Made by a program: the position numbers and the translations under genes. From the human T2T-CHM13v2.0 reference genome, Homo sapiens: a DNA stretch of 64,000 bases. How positions within the stretch are numbered: the stretch's first letter is position 1; every line of letters begins with the position of its first letter. The notes below the pieces were generated by a model, which was not told the origin of the DNA, did no database searches, and saw nothing but the letters and a program-made list of their open reading frames with translations. This document shows, in pieces, positions 13,517 through 27,099 of the stretch. The DNA lies in assembly GCF_009914755.1 (NCBI RefSeq), contig NC_060937.1; one strand, 5' to 3'.

Positions 13517-14198
13517 GACAATAGGCTGTACTACAGTATTAGATGAAAGAAATGTAGTTTAAAAATCAACAAAAAATAGATCACAAAGCATTTTATCTTC
13601 TGTTTTTTGTCATTCATGATGTTTGTATCAATGTCGATAGAAATTTAAATTATTTTATTCACATATGTAAATTCAGAACCTACATTCCCTGTTTATACAT
13701 AGGTTCTGCATTATATGACTACAATCATATTTGAGCAGTTCTTCAAAAAATGATTTGCTGTTCTCATCCTGTACCCCTTTGACTATTTAGTGAGATTATG
13801 TAAGAGAGAATAAATTGTTTAAATATTAATAATATTGGTACTCAAATTTCATCATTTACTAAACATAAGCTCCTTTTGAGAGGCAGGTCTATTATTCTTA
13901 TTTTGTTTAATACTTGAGCTTCTGATCCTATGTGAATTTATGTACCAGTCCCTAGGGAATTCTGACATAATTATATTAATGTAATTGTTTTTAACTTTAC
14001 TTTATTTAGAAACTCATGTGAAATATCCTCAATTAACTTCATTTTATTGGCAGACTCCTAACACTCCTTTTAATAATTTATTTTTATTGTTTTTAGTATA
14101 AGAACATTTAAAAAAGGAAGTTCACAAACCTTAAGAAATATTATTTCAAGTGAACTTTAGAATAGACATACACCCTTCCTTTAAAAATGGAATATGCT

Positions 14199-14495
14199 GG
14201 CTGGGCACGGTGGCTCACACCTGTAATTCCAGCACTTTGGGAGGCTGAGGTGGGCAGATCAGCTGAGGTTGGGAGTTCGAGACCAGCCTGACCAACATGG
14301 AGAAACCCCATCTCTACTAAAAATACAAAATTAGCCGGGCATGGTGGCACATGCCTGTAATCCTAGCTACTCAGGAGGCTGAGGCAGGAGAATCGCTTGA
14401 ACTCAGGAGGCGGAAGTTGCAGTGAGCCGAGGTCATGCCATTGCACTTCAGCCTGGGCAACAAGAGTGAAACTGCATCTCAAAAAAAGAAAAAAA
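14199..14495 (+). mobile_element. Alu, AluSp-like
   Basis: Full dimer with 'ggttgggagttcgagaccagcctgaccaacatggagaaacc' and 'caacaagagtgaaact' diagnostics; A-tail. Confidence 0.97.
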
Positions 14496-15571
14496 TATAT
14501 GAAATCTGCTAACCTTTACATCAAGCAACTTCCAAATAACTTCATGCAGTAATTAAAATTCTAGTTTCTTTCCTAAGATTTTCTGTATTAATGTAGTTTA
14601 TGAAAAAAGAAATACAGTTTAATCTTAGTCACATTACCATTAAGAGGTTCTTTAAAATGTTTCTTATTGTGATCCTTTCTATTAGATTTTAATCTGCAGA
14701 TTATAAAATTAAAGAATGAGTAACTGGTTGTCTTAATTCATTTAAGAGAAAATTATGGTCATACAAGAGGCACATGCACAAACACACACACTTAGGGAAG
14801 TGGAATGCACTTAGAAGCAAAACTGTAAAGTAGTAATCTTAGTAATATTTATATTACAGAATTATTTAAAATAAATTAAAACCAACAAGGTAAAAAAGAT
14901 GTTTTTGATGGTCACACTCTCCAACAAAATGGGAAAGTATAGTCTTGATCCTGTAAATTAATTTTGTGATTTAAGTATGTATTAATTGTGAGATAGGCAG
15001 TGAGTACTTCATTTTCATTTTTGATTCAATAAGAAAAACTCAAGTAAGCACATTTACTCACTTTACCAAGCACACCTAACCGGTATCTGTGAAACAGTAG
15101 TCATCAATATTTGACTCATAGGGAACCTCACTGGGTCAAATTTCAGGAGCCAGCACCACATGATTAGGAAAAACAGATTACAATGGTGAAATTTTATATC
15201 CATATTACAGTGCTTATTTCCATTTTCTTAGCATTAACATACAAAAAATCTCAAATGTCTGAAGCCAGAATGGAATAGTTAAAATATCTGTGATATTTGA
15301 GAGAAACTATACAGTTTATATGTCATTTTATACATATATACTTTTTTGGGAGAATGTGAGAAAGATTAAGAAAACGAGAGAAAGAAGAGATAATGAGTAA
15401 GACAGGATAGGATAATAGAGAAAGAGAATATTGAGATTCAAGAAACAGTTTTCATCATTTATGAGACTAGAAGATATGAGAAAAATCTGGGGGTATTGAA
15501 TAGAGGTTATAACGTTCTTAGAAAAAGAAGACAAATTGGACCTAACAGATAACATTAAACATTTTGTTACC

Positions 15572-15983
<412 letters not shown>

Positions 15984-16210
15984 AATAAATATTTCTTGAA
16001 AAAATTTAATGAAGAAGTTCAAATAATAAATGAGGTTTTTAATACATCCATTGAAATTAATTGCTAATTTAATTATGTAGATTGAATGGTTTCATAGAAA
16101 AGAGAAATTATCTTGGGTTACTTTGGTATTTGAAATGAATTGGTAGATTTTAGGTTAGTAGATTTTCAGATAGCTAAAAATATAGAGTTAGGCATAGCTC
16201 ATTTTAACAC

Positions 16211-16616
16211 TATGTTAGCGTGCTAGGATTGCCATAACAAACGAACACAGACTAGGGTAGCTTAAGTACCATCAATTGTTTTTGTCACAGTTCTTGAAGT
16301 TAGAAGTCCAAGGTCCAACTGTTGGCAGGTGTGTTTTCTTCTGAGGCCGCTTTCCTTGGTTGGCAGATGGCTATCTTCTCTTTTGCCCTCACATGGTCTT
16401 TTATTTGCGTTTGTGCATCACTGGAGTCTTTGCGTGTCCAGATTTCCTCTTCTTATAAGGACATTTTTCAGATTGATTAGGGCACTTCCACATGACCTGA
16501 TTTAACCTTCATTACTTCTTTAAAGGCTCTATCTCCAAATTCAGTTAAATTTTGGGGTAATAGGAGTTGGGATTTCAAAATATGAATTTTGGAGGGACAC
16601 AATTCAGCCCATAAGA
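16211..16616 (-). mobile_element. MLT1A-type MaLR solo LTR
   Basis: 'gctaggattgccataacaaa...agaagtccaag...aatatgaattttggagggacacaattcagcccata'. Confidence 0.88.
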
Positions 16617-17680
16617 AAGATATTTATTAACGGTTGTGGTGTGCCACTCACTGTCCTTGGTCCTACAGATATAGAGATAAAAGATGCACTCTCTGGCTCC
16701 ACATAGCATACATCTCAAGAAAAATAAGAAGAAAAGAAAAACAGTCAAGACACACAAACAGTCATTTGCAATACAGGGAAGATGATATGCTAGAGATTCA
16801 GCTATTCATAGAGCATGGGTGTCTAGTAAACCCTGAAGAGATATAGAGAAATGCCTGGAGGAGTGCTAACTTGGCTGAGCCTGAATGACAAATAAGAGCT
16901 AATCATAGGAAGAGAGAGAAATCCTTTCTAGTCACCAGTTATGGCATTCACCAATATCTTGTTGTTTGAGACAGTTTAGTGTTCCTGGGGGGTAGTGGCA
17001 CAGCCTTGCATGCTGAACTAGAGATTCGATTTAATGACATTGGCAACTGGAGTCATGGAAAGAGTCCATGCTGGAGTTACGTGAAGAGATTTTATTGAGA
17101 AAGGTCATGGAAAGAAGCAAGAATTGGGTGAGACCTCTCAAAGTATGGGAATGGGTTGCATAAGGTTGATCTAAGAGACAGTGAAATTATAGTTCTTTAA
17201 TTCATATAAGACATAGTGAGTGTTTAAACTAACACAGTGTTACTGGTATGAAGTGAAGAGAATATACATCAAGAAGTGAATTAATAATATAATAATAATG
17301 GCTGAGATTTAATGAGGACTTTCAGTATTTTGAGTATTTTGCATTTATTAATGCCTTTAATTTGCACAAACCTATATGATATATATTATTATTGCCATCT
17401 TTATTTTACAGATAAGGAAAATGAGGCCCAGGGAGATTAAATTATTCACTCAAGGTCACAGCTAGTACACAGCTTATCAATAGCCAAGACAAAACTTAAA
17501 CTTGGGAAATTTGCCTCAGGTATCCATATTTTAAACCATAATAGTGCCACTGGGCAGATAAGTTACATTAATAAGATAGACTCAACATTATTTGCAGACT
17601 GAAAAGGTAAATATTTAAGAAGAAAGAAATTTAAGATAACTTCTAAGTTTCTGACTTGGGTGGAGGTTAGAGAGAAGATG
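16617..17680 (-). mobile_element. Degraded L2, interrupted by a MIR
   Basis: 'tatttattaacggttgtggtgtgccactcactgtccttggtcctacagatatagagataaaag' and downstream purine-rich antisense L2 tracts. Confidence 0.55.
17290..17542 (-). mobile_element. MIR SINE
   Basis: Core 'attttacagataaggaaaatgaggcccagggagattaaattattcactcaaggtcacagctag'. Confidence 0.88.
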
Positions 17681-18259
17681 GATTTCACTTAGAATAGATT
17701 AACCGTAAAATACCCATGAAGCACCAACGTGAAGTTTCCAGGAGAGAATATGCTCTATTGCTAAGTATCTAGAAGATAAATCTGAGCTAGAGACCTGGAA
17801 ACCACAATTCTGAAGGCAGTAGCTGAAGCTAGGGCTTTGTGTGTTCCTCCATCCATGATAGTTTATGGTCTGAGAATGACAGGTGGTGAATGAGGCGTTC
17901 TGGTGTACATAGCCATTCTGTTGGTAGGATGCATTGGGCATCCTTAAACCTATAGCAACCAGATAATGAAGCTATTGTGATTGGCTCAGTTCACTCAGGA
18001 TCTACCTTTGTGTCAGTGGAGTGTATATGAATAGTGAAGGAGAGGGGTGAATAGCTCAATTTTGTTAGCAGCTATACAGAGTGGAATGAATGTTGCAAAA
18101 GCAACAAATGTCTTTGCTACTGCTAAAAGGGAGACAAAACACAGAAAAGCAGAAAACAAGGAAGACAGGAGAAGTGAAAAGAAAATGATAGAGAAGGGTA
18201 CTCTCAGGCAATTCCTGAAAAAAAAATTACATTTTAATTTACATTGAAAAGATGAGACA

Positions 18260-18366
18260 CTTTTTCTTCTTCATCCCTCTTCCATCCTTTCCCCTCTCCT
18301 CTGTTCCCTACCATTCTCCTCCTCTCGTCTCCAATCTTCTTTCTTTTCTTTTTCTTTTCCTTTCCT
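18260..18366. repeat. Polypyrimidine (CT-rich) low-complexity tract
   Basis: About 105 nt almost entirely C/T. Confidence 0.8.
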
Positions 18367-18398
18367 TGAAACTTTATGGTGAGGTAAAGTACAAAGAA

Positions 18399-18764
18399 TG
18401 ATATGATTAGGCTTTGTGTCTTCACCCATATCTCATCTTAAATTGTAATCCCCAGGTGTTGAGGGGGATTCCTGTTGGGAAGTGATTGGATTATGGGGGC
18501 AGTTTCCCCCATGCTGCACTTGTGATAGTGAGTGAGTTCTCATGAGATCTGATGGTTTTTTAAGGGGCTCTCTCCCCTACTCATTTTTTGCTCACTCTCT
18601 CCTGCTGCCTTGTGAAGAAGGTACCTGCTTCCCCTTTGGCCATGATTGTTAAGTTTCTTGAGGCCTCCCTAGCCACGTGGAACTGTGAGCCAATTAAACC
18701 TTTGTTTATAAATTACCCAGTTTTGGGTAGTATCTTTATAGCAGTGTGAAAACGGACCAATACA
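18399..18764 (+). mobile_element. THE1 (THE1D-like) MaLR solo LTR
   Basis: TG...CA ends; 'gtgatagtgagtgagttctcatgagatctgatggtttt', 'gtggaactgtgagccaattaaacc'; 5-bp flanks aagaa/aagag. Confidence 0.93.
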
Positions 18765-19089
18765 AAGAGAAAGCATGGTTTGTGCAAAGAATAGGAGATA
18801 AGGAACCAAACACGCGTGAAGAATGTTCCTTTAAATATATTTCACTATGAAGGAAAATAAAATCAGATGATTGCTAGAAAAGATCTTGAAGTATTTAGGG
18901 AAATCAGTGAATATCTTAATAGTTCCCTAAACCCCAAAGTAGAACTTGTATTTTTAAAAATTCTGATTACAAAAATGTATTTTTGATATTTGATATTCCC
19001 TCAAATTACAACAAAAAGTACAATTAAAGAGTTGATATAAATGTTCTAGTTGTGTTTATGGATATGCTTATTAATAAGTATAACCATAA

Positions 19090-19400
19090 TATTTCTTGGA
19101 AAATGGTTTTTTCTCTCATTAATACATGTTGGATACCATTTTATACCAGTGCATACAGATTTCTCTAGTTCCTTTTAATGAATGAATAATGTGCCTTCAT
19201 TTAGCTATAGTGTTTGTTACATAATCAAATATTACTGATGGATATTATTTTTAAATGCTTTAATAATATACTTAATAGGGCAATCGTGCATTCATGAATA
19301 CATCTTCCCTAAGGATTAATTTCTAGATATGGAATTATTACTCCCAAAAATAACTTTAACATTTTTAAAGATATTGTCAAATATTTCTCCTTGACTGTAT
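19090..19400 (-). mobile_element. L1ME-type fragment
   Basis: 'ggattaatttctagatatggaattatt' and surrounding antisense L1 3' motifs; very diverged. Confidence 0.5.
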
Positions 19401-22400
19401 TTAACGACGAGACTTAAACATTTTTCAGTGTCAAGAAGAAATAACGTCTCCTCTATAAAATATTCCTTACTATCATCAGAAAGTATTAATCTTTATTTTC
19501 TCATCCACAACATGCTATTTATGCCTTACAATAATAGCACATTCTTTACTCAGATTTATAACAAAATTAGGTTAAACACAGGAATGTTTCTAATTTTATG
19601 AGGCATTATGTCTGGTTAATCATTTTTGTCTCTTTCAGCATCTCTCATATTAGACAGTATAAATATCCATTGAATTCACTTCAACAGGGAGCAAAAGTTA
19701 ATAAAAACAAAATAATGGCAGAAAAAAGGAAATACTTTGAGGAAGAATAAATAGCATAATTTTGTTCTAATTTGATCATCTAAAGATGTTTTAAAAACAC
19801 TTGAATGTATAGTTCTGTAGCTAAGATATTTTGTACATTATATTTAAAATTTTCTTAATTTCTGAATAATCTTGTGATCCATCAGAAAATTCATGTTATA
19901 AAAATACCAAAATGTCCTGAATTATGCAAGTAGAATCTTTGATCTTTTGATCATAATATGCTTAAAAGGAAAATAAATTAAGACCATAATTAGACACAAA
20001 GATGTCCTTTTACAGATAATGTATATGGATATTAAGCATTTGCACTATGAAGTATTTGTTAAAAATTGCTTCTCGTAAATATGTTCCACTTAAAGCTGGC
20101 ATTCTCCTTTCATCCCTGTGACTGTGGGTTTGATTGCAACATGTCTTGATGAAGCCAATTCAAGGTTTAATAAAATCAACTCAGTTGAAAAGTGTAATCC
20201 AGAGAAATTACGTTTGTTTTCTATTCTTAGAGCAGGTTGACCAATGTCTACTTTCTTTCAGCCTGGGATGAGGTCAGTATGGACCTTTCAAAAAGGCTTC
20301 ACAGTGAAGCTTTTTTGTTTTATGCTAATAAGTATACGTCTTATAATTTAAAAGGGGAACTTATCATTTCACAAAAATTTAATTGTCATAGTAAAGTGAA
20401 AGTCAGCTTTGTTCAATTTTCTAAAATAAATCTTGAGTCATTGAGTCAAAGCTTCAGTTGGGACACCGAACTGCTGTTGCTGCATGGTTCAATTACACCA
20501 TTGTAGCAAATGTACATGAATAAAACTTACTATGCAGGTACCCAGAACATGTATAGACTATATAAGCATCTCTTCTATTTGACATATTTCTGTATATTGC
20601 TTAGAATTCAAGTAACATGAGTAGAAACTAAAGGGGAAAGTGACATACTATATTTTTATATGACTCATTTACATATACCTTTAAATTTCTGTTCAAACTA
20701 TAAGGTTATGTGAGCCTACCAGTCTTTTGCATTAATTACACATTGCCATTTACTCTTCTACAGGCCCTTTTTATATAATACATCATTGTTGAAATTTGTT
20801 ACCTAGGCTTCCCTAATACAGCTTTTATGATTTTTAGTTTAATAAATATAAAATTAACAATTTATAATGAATGGGACCACATGTCCATCTATGCACCAGT
20901 CTCTGTAGCTATGCAGTGAAAAACTAGCTTGAGGTTACAAGCTCACCTCTGTGATGTAAGTCAGAAAAAATCTGCATAGCAAAAGGTTGTTCTATTCAGG
21001 TATTATCGCTGAAAAAGGAGAAATAGATATTATGTCAAAAGAACAAATGCTTACATTATACTTTGAGAAACACTGTAATACTTATTTTCCAAGATTATTT
21101 ATTTTGTTCCTATTGGAAAGTTCAATTAAAAATTAAATCTATTTAGTATATTTAAATGAATAGGGAATAAATATTTCATCAAATATGAAAATTCTGCTGT
21201 ATATACACATATATTTATATAACATATGTATCTATCTACTTTTTGAACTTTCCTAGCAATTAATTCATATGTTTATGATTGAATCTGTCATGTATTACAT
21301 CAATAACGTTATCAGTTATCCATAAAATTCATTGATGGTATTGTCTGATAAAGCACCTTTCATTCTTTTGAGTGGAAAAGAACAAAACAATATAATCTAG
21401 AATTTAATTAGCACTTGATATTCAACTGCAACTTACAATCTTTAGTTAGGTATTTTCTTCTTAACACCATTTGATCCAAAAGCACAATTTTGAAGACTAA
21501 ACTTGTAGGCATTTTATTATTTTTCTGAAATAACATTAAATATATTACTGAGATCTCATATTACATTAACTAAATTAATTAATGTAAAACAATTTATAAA
21601 GAATTTTCTCATGTTTTTCTCACTTAGTACTTATAATTACCCTAAGGGAATGCAAATACATTTCTAAATGCAGTTTTTTAAAAGCTGTATCCAAGATGGT
21701 TACTAGTTGAAGAAACAAACTAAATAAAGCATAAGTCTCTGTCTGAATTAACAAAGAATTCTGGAATTCCAAGTATTTTTAAAACTAGTTTCAATTATAG
21801 AATACCCAACCATATAAGCACTGGAAGACTATATCACAAGCCTTACTTATAGACAGTAATTCAAAATCTACTTTGAGAACTTCATGATTTGTCTCAACTT
21901 TGAATTGATGACATTTCATTAAAAATATCTTATTCACCCTATGGCTAATATGTAAATAACACTATGCTTCTAAAATTGCATTACCATGTTCCCCCAAACT
22001 CCAGTACATTTTGAAAATGTATCAAGCGTGCTACCCTCTCCTCATACTCCAGATCACATGGCCTTATTTAAGACAGATCATTTTTAGAACACTATCAAAT
22101 GGTCTTAAACATAGAAACCTATACTAGTTATTTTCAACTTGGGTCAGGGGGCCTTCTATAAGAAAAATACACATTTCTTCCTATGTGATGACATTCAGAT
22201 AGAGTTTGAAGGAAAATCAATACATTTATTTTTTTTTTAGTTATTCATAAAGAAAACAGATACAGATGCCATCATCTCTCCATTTCTCGTTAGATTGATA
22301 CCCTGTCTTCCACTTCTTGTTTCCAATGATTTCTGGACAAAGAAGCCTCTCCACTAGCATTGGGTTAGCACTAAAGGTACCAGAGTTAGAGAGAGGGTTA

Positions 22401-22899
22401 AGCCCTTCATCATGTGAGGAAGCATGGGATTAACCTCGGGTAGAGAGGTATTCTTAGAACTGGGTAGTGGGAGGAAGATGACAGGCACTGGGGAGGTGGA
22501 AGATTAGAGCAAGAAAGCTGCCACCAGGGCACACTCTAAAGGCCAGCACAGAATAGCATCCTTCCCACCATCCTCCTACCTCTCACAGAGACACATATTA
22601 AAATACAGTAATAACAGATGGAATTGAAATTTAAAATAGCAATATTTCTTTCTTTCTGAGTCCTTAGGAAAGATACTTGAGGAAAACATGTTGTGACTAT
22701 CAAGACTCAATATTAACAATTTGCTTTATTTAAAAAAACTGATGCCTCAATATTAGGGTTCTACAGTTGTAAAAAGCTTCTATTTTGTATCCAAACTAGC
22801 AGTTGATATGGACTATTAAGCTGTTAAAGATATCATTCTATTATATCACCACCACAGAAAATAAACATTTCCTTGTCCAATATCCTTTATCATTTCCTG

Positions 22900-23266
22900 G
22901 CGTCTCTAAATTCTGGATGACTTTACATATTAGTGGACAGGGAATATAGGAATTCTGAAAAGTGTCTGTTAAAAAGACAGGACATGCTCCTCTTCCCAAC
23001 ACTCTGAGGCTTGGAATTAGATGTGATACTGAAGGTGTGGCAGCCATCTTGGACCACCACAAGGAAAAGGGCCATGCCTCAAATGACAAGGCAGAGAGTT
23101 GAAAGTAGCTTGTACATGTAATGGCTTTGGAATAGCCTTATATCAGTCATAGACTGTCCAACCTCCAGACATTTTAAATGAGAGGACTTAACAAGCCTCT
23201 CTCTTGTTTAAGCCAATTATTTGGGTTTTCTCTTATATGCAGCCAAATCAAATCTTAATTAATACA
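22900..23266 (+). mobile_element. MLT1 (H-K-type) MaLR LTR
   Basis: 'tggcagccatcttggacca...acctccagac...ttgtttaagcca...atatgcagccaaatcaaatcttaattaataca'. Confidence 0.78.
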
Positions 23267-25758
23267 CATCTAAAAATAGAGAACTACCTTTTTTTTTAAG
23301 CATGGCTGTGTAGAGGTCTGGTGTGAATTAAAGTTAATGAAGTATTAATAACATATTTATTATGTTTCCAATCATATGTGCCTCTAAAACTTGAGAGGTT
23401 TGTAAATAACGCAAGTTATTTTAATTTTGTTTCATTTTAAGTAACAATTATTTGAATTGCAAACTAATTTACACTATAAATCAGTTCTGTAAATAAAAGA
23501 GTAACTTAAATAGATGTAAACTTCAAGACATGGGGTAAGCCAACTGTCACAAATTTGAATTAGCAAAAATTGGATATCACTAAGATTTTCTGAAATAATT
23601 ATTTCCATACCAGTTTTCTAAAATAATTCATTATGAAATATAGAGTATACAATTATTTTCCTATGTCACCACATGTGGTGTTCATAAGAATTACCACTCA
23701 AGTTCTTGGTGTGATTGCAAAACCTGCTGCTTCTTCTACGATGTTTTACAATAATAGGTGAGTGGAAAATATTTTTTCATGAGGATCCCTACTGTTGAGA
23801 TTCTAACAGTTGGGTCAACAACCAAGTGGGAGAAACTGAATTTACATCAGTAACATACCACTGAAATTCTTTTGAAAAATTGTATATATGGCACTCATAG
23901 CAATTATAACTTTTAATTGCTAAAAGGACTTAAAACATTGAACAGGAAGTTACACCATTGTGGGGAGGAGTAAAGTAACTTCTATCCACTCATTTTTTAG
24001 AAATAGAAATTTTGTGAAAAATTTATGTAGTTCATTCTAGAAATCTAAATATTAAAATCATCTGAAATAATTGAGAAAATTATTTGTTTTTTAATACTTA
24101 ACTACACAACTCTAGATTAATATATGCATAGTTATATACCAAAGTTTCTATAAAAAATGACAAAAGTAATTTTGAACCTTATATGAAATGTGTTATGCAA
24201 ACATCAAGTGCAGACGGCAATTCTGAAAGTCAATAAGGTAAAATCAATGTTATAACACCATGTTTAATATTTTTGTTATAATAACTTATGTAGAAATAAC
24301 ATACACTTGAAGAAGGGGGCCTGTTTCCTTAGTTTACTAGCTTGCACAAAGGAAGAAAATAGAAAAAGTTAGCAAAGCCAAAAAATAATATCTATTTATA
24401 TAATATATATGTTAAATGTCCCCAGATACATGAGATTTTATTTTGAAAAGGACTTCTCACATGAAATAGGTTTTAAAATTTTACAATATTATTATTAAAT
24501 TTGTTTACAAATATTATTTTCTAATAAATATAAATGAATTAGTAATAAATCTTCAACTTTATTAATTCATGCCAATAGGACAAATAGGACCACATACAAT
24601 TGTAACAACAGAAGCAAAACACTTTGAGTAAACAAATGATTAATATAATACTTCTTTCAAGTCTTCCCTCTACAGTTCAAAAATAATATATGTATATTTA
24701 ATCCTAATTAGCATGGAACTCAGAGATTCGTTTCTCTAATTATCTTAAATTTTTATACTTCAGAAGAAGAAATTGACGATCTCATGATTATATTGGTTTG
24801 TTTCATTATACAAGAAAGTTTCTCAATTTTTTTCACTAAATAAAAAGTGTGACATATAAGACAAGCATAACATGATTTTTAAAAACTGTCATATAATACC
24901 ATGGAATTGATAATTAATGGCTATATATTTTTAATGTGTTTCAGGTTTTAGTTTTTATGAATAAAGCTCAAATGAACAGTCTTAGCAATTATTAGGATCC
25001 ACCTATTGTAGATGCAAACCCGTATTTTAAAACAAAATATGTAACATAAAAGATGTTATGTTTTTAAATGCCCCTTTTTCTTTTAAAACATCTATGTATA
25101 ACACTGCAGGAGAGAGATGCTCCTTAAAAGTAAATAGGAAAATGACATAAATAGATAAAAACACTTGAAACTGCAGGATAAGATTGCATTGTAGGGTCAG
25201 CTTTAAATTTTAACCACTTGTCTTAACAGGTAGAATAGAAAATTACATAATTCGAATAGGCATAAACCTACAACAACATGCACAGGCTAGAGTTGGGAGC
25301 CTACAGGACCGAAAGAAGCAGGCTCTAGATTTGTTCAGGATAAAGGAGGTCAAAAAATTCACATTCATGGGAGGTGCCTGAAATAGACAACTACATAAAA
25401 CTAGGGACTGGGATGAGACTGTATCACCTGTGAAAGGAGATTCAACACAGCAGTTACTGAAAACTCTAAGGCGATACCGTAGATGTAACGTGTCTGTAAG
25501 TTAAGAGTGGTGAAAAGAATAGAGAAAGCTGAGGTCTAAGCCTCCGTGACTAGATGTGCTCTATATTGAAATTTAGTCTGGGGCAAGAGCCCTGAACCAC
25601 CACTTTAAGAAGAATTTCTGGATTGGTATTTCAAGAATCTAGATTGAGTTTCTACAGGACCACTAGGAAAGAAAGAGGAAAAATAGGCAGCAGAAAAAAT
25701 AAAAATATTAATAACTGGTATCAAGGTGAGCCTACAAACTTCTAAGCTTTGGAGCATA

Positions 25759-26052
25759 GGCCTGGTGCGGTGGCTCATGCCTGTAATCTCAGTACTTTGG
25801 GATGCCAAGGTGGGCAGATTGCTTGAGCCCAGGGATTGAAAAGCAGCCCAGGCAACATAGCAAAAACTCACCTCTACAAAAAATAGAAAAATTAGCCAGG
25901 CATGGTGCACGTCTGTAGTCCCAGCTACTCAGGAGGCTGAGGTGGGAGAATCACCTGACCCTGGGGAGACTGAAGCTGCAGTGAGCTGTGCTCAAGCCAC
26001 TGCACTCCAGCCTGGGCAACAGAGTGAAACTCTGTCTCAGAAAAAAAAAAAG
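25759..26052 (+). mobile_element. Alu, AluJ-like
   Basis: 'gattgcttgagcccagg...caggcaacatagcaaaa...gaagctgcagtgagctgtg'; A-tail. Confidence 0.95.
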
Positions 26053-26290
26053 GCATACAGAAAATTATTACTAAGAATTTTTGAAAAATAATCTGGAGCT
26101 AAATGCATTCCCATTAAAACTATAACAACTATATAATGATAATATATTGTGTGTATAAAACTTTTAGTATATAAAGAAGAATATGATATATAAAAAATTA
26201 TGAAAAAGTCCATATGTATCAAGAATATATAGACATTAAAAACTAACCCATTAGAAAGTGTGTTTGTATGCTTTCATAGCTATACATATA

Positions 26291-26368
26291 TATATAGCCA
26301 GTAGTGGGATTGCTGGATCATAGGGTAGTTCTATTTTTAGTTTTTTTGAGGAACCTCCATATTGTTTA
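26291..26368 (-). mobile_element. About 80-bp internal L1MA ORF2 fragment embedded in a TA repeat
   Basis: 'ccagtagtgggattgctggatcatagggtagttctatttttagtttttttgaggaacctccatattgttt'. Confidence 0.85.
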
Positions 26369-26841
26369 TATCGTTATATGTATATACATATATATGTGCC
26401 TAATGACTTAGGTGGTATATACTCTAGACTGAAGAGAATAAATAAAAGAATTAGATGCTTAGAAGTTAGTATTAAAAAATTGATTAAAAAGTGGCATAGA
26501 GATAAACATATAAAGAATGCAAAAATAGAAAAAGTGATAATAAAACATATAATCATTGTGAGCTTTCTAGTATTAAGGAAATATAATATTTATAGCGAAA
26601 GCACTCCAAGTGTCATGCAGTGTTAAGAAACGGTCTACTCTTAGAAACATCTAAATTAAATAACAGGACAATGCTAGAGAAAACAAAATAAAATAAAACA
26701 AATTAAACATTCATTCTCGGCATGATGAGGACCTTAACTAACATAAAACTTCTGCAGTCTTAGTCATACAAAAAAATTATCTAGCTAGCTAACTATCTGT
26801 CTGTTATCTACCTATCATCTATATCTGACAAAACATAACAA

Positions 26842-27040
26842 TTTTTTTTTTATTATACTTTAAGTTTTAGGGTACATGTGCACATTGTGCAGGTTAGTTA
26901 CATATGTATACATGTGCCATGCTGGTGCACTGCACCCACTAACTCGTCATCTAGCATTAGGTATACCTCCCAATGCTATCCCTCCCCCCTCCCCCCACCC
27001 CACCACAGTCCCCAGAGTGTGATATTCCCCTTCCTATGTC
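26842..27040 (-). mobile_element. Young, severely 5'-truncated LINE-1 (L1PA2-like 3'UTR only)
   Basis: Near-consensus antisense 3'UTR; 'cccactaactcgtcatc' is the GAG allele (not Ta ACA or pre-Ta ACG); TSD cataacaattttt at 26834-26846 and 27041-27053. Confidence 0.95.
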
Positions 27041-27099
27041 CATAACAATTTTTAAAATGAGTCTTGGCTAAATAAAAAAAAAAAGAGTGAAAGAGATAA

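Noticed and set aside
14141-14350. Alu-derived ORFs (also 25605, 33252, 33331, 52367, 53677, 62528, 62554)
   Set aside because: These are standard Alu translation artefacts (e.g. [13 protein letters not shown]), not genes
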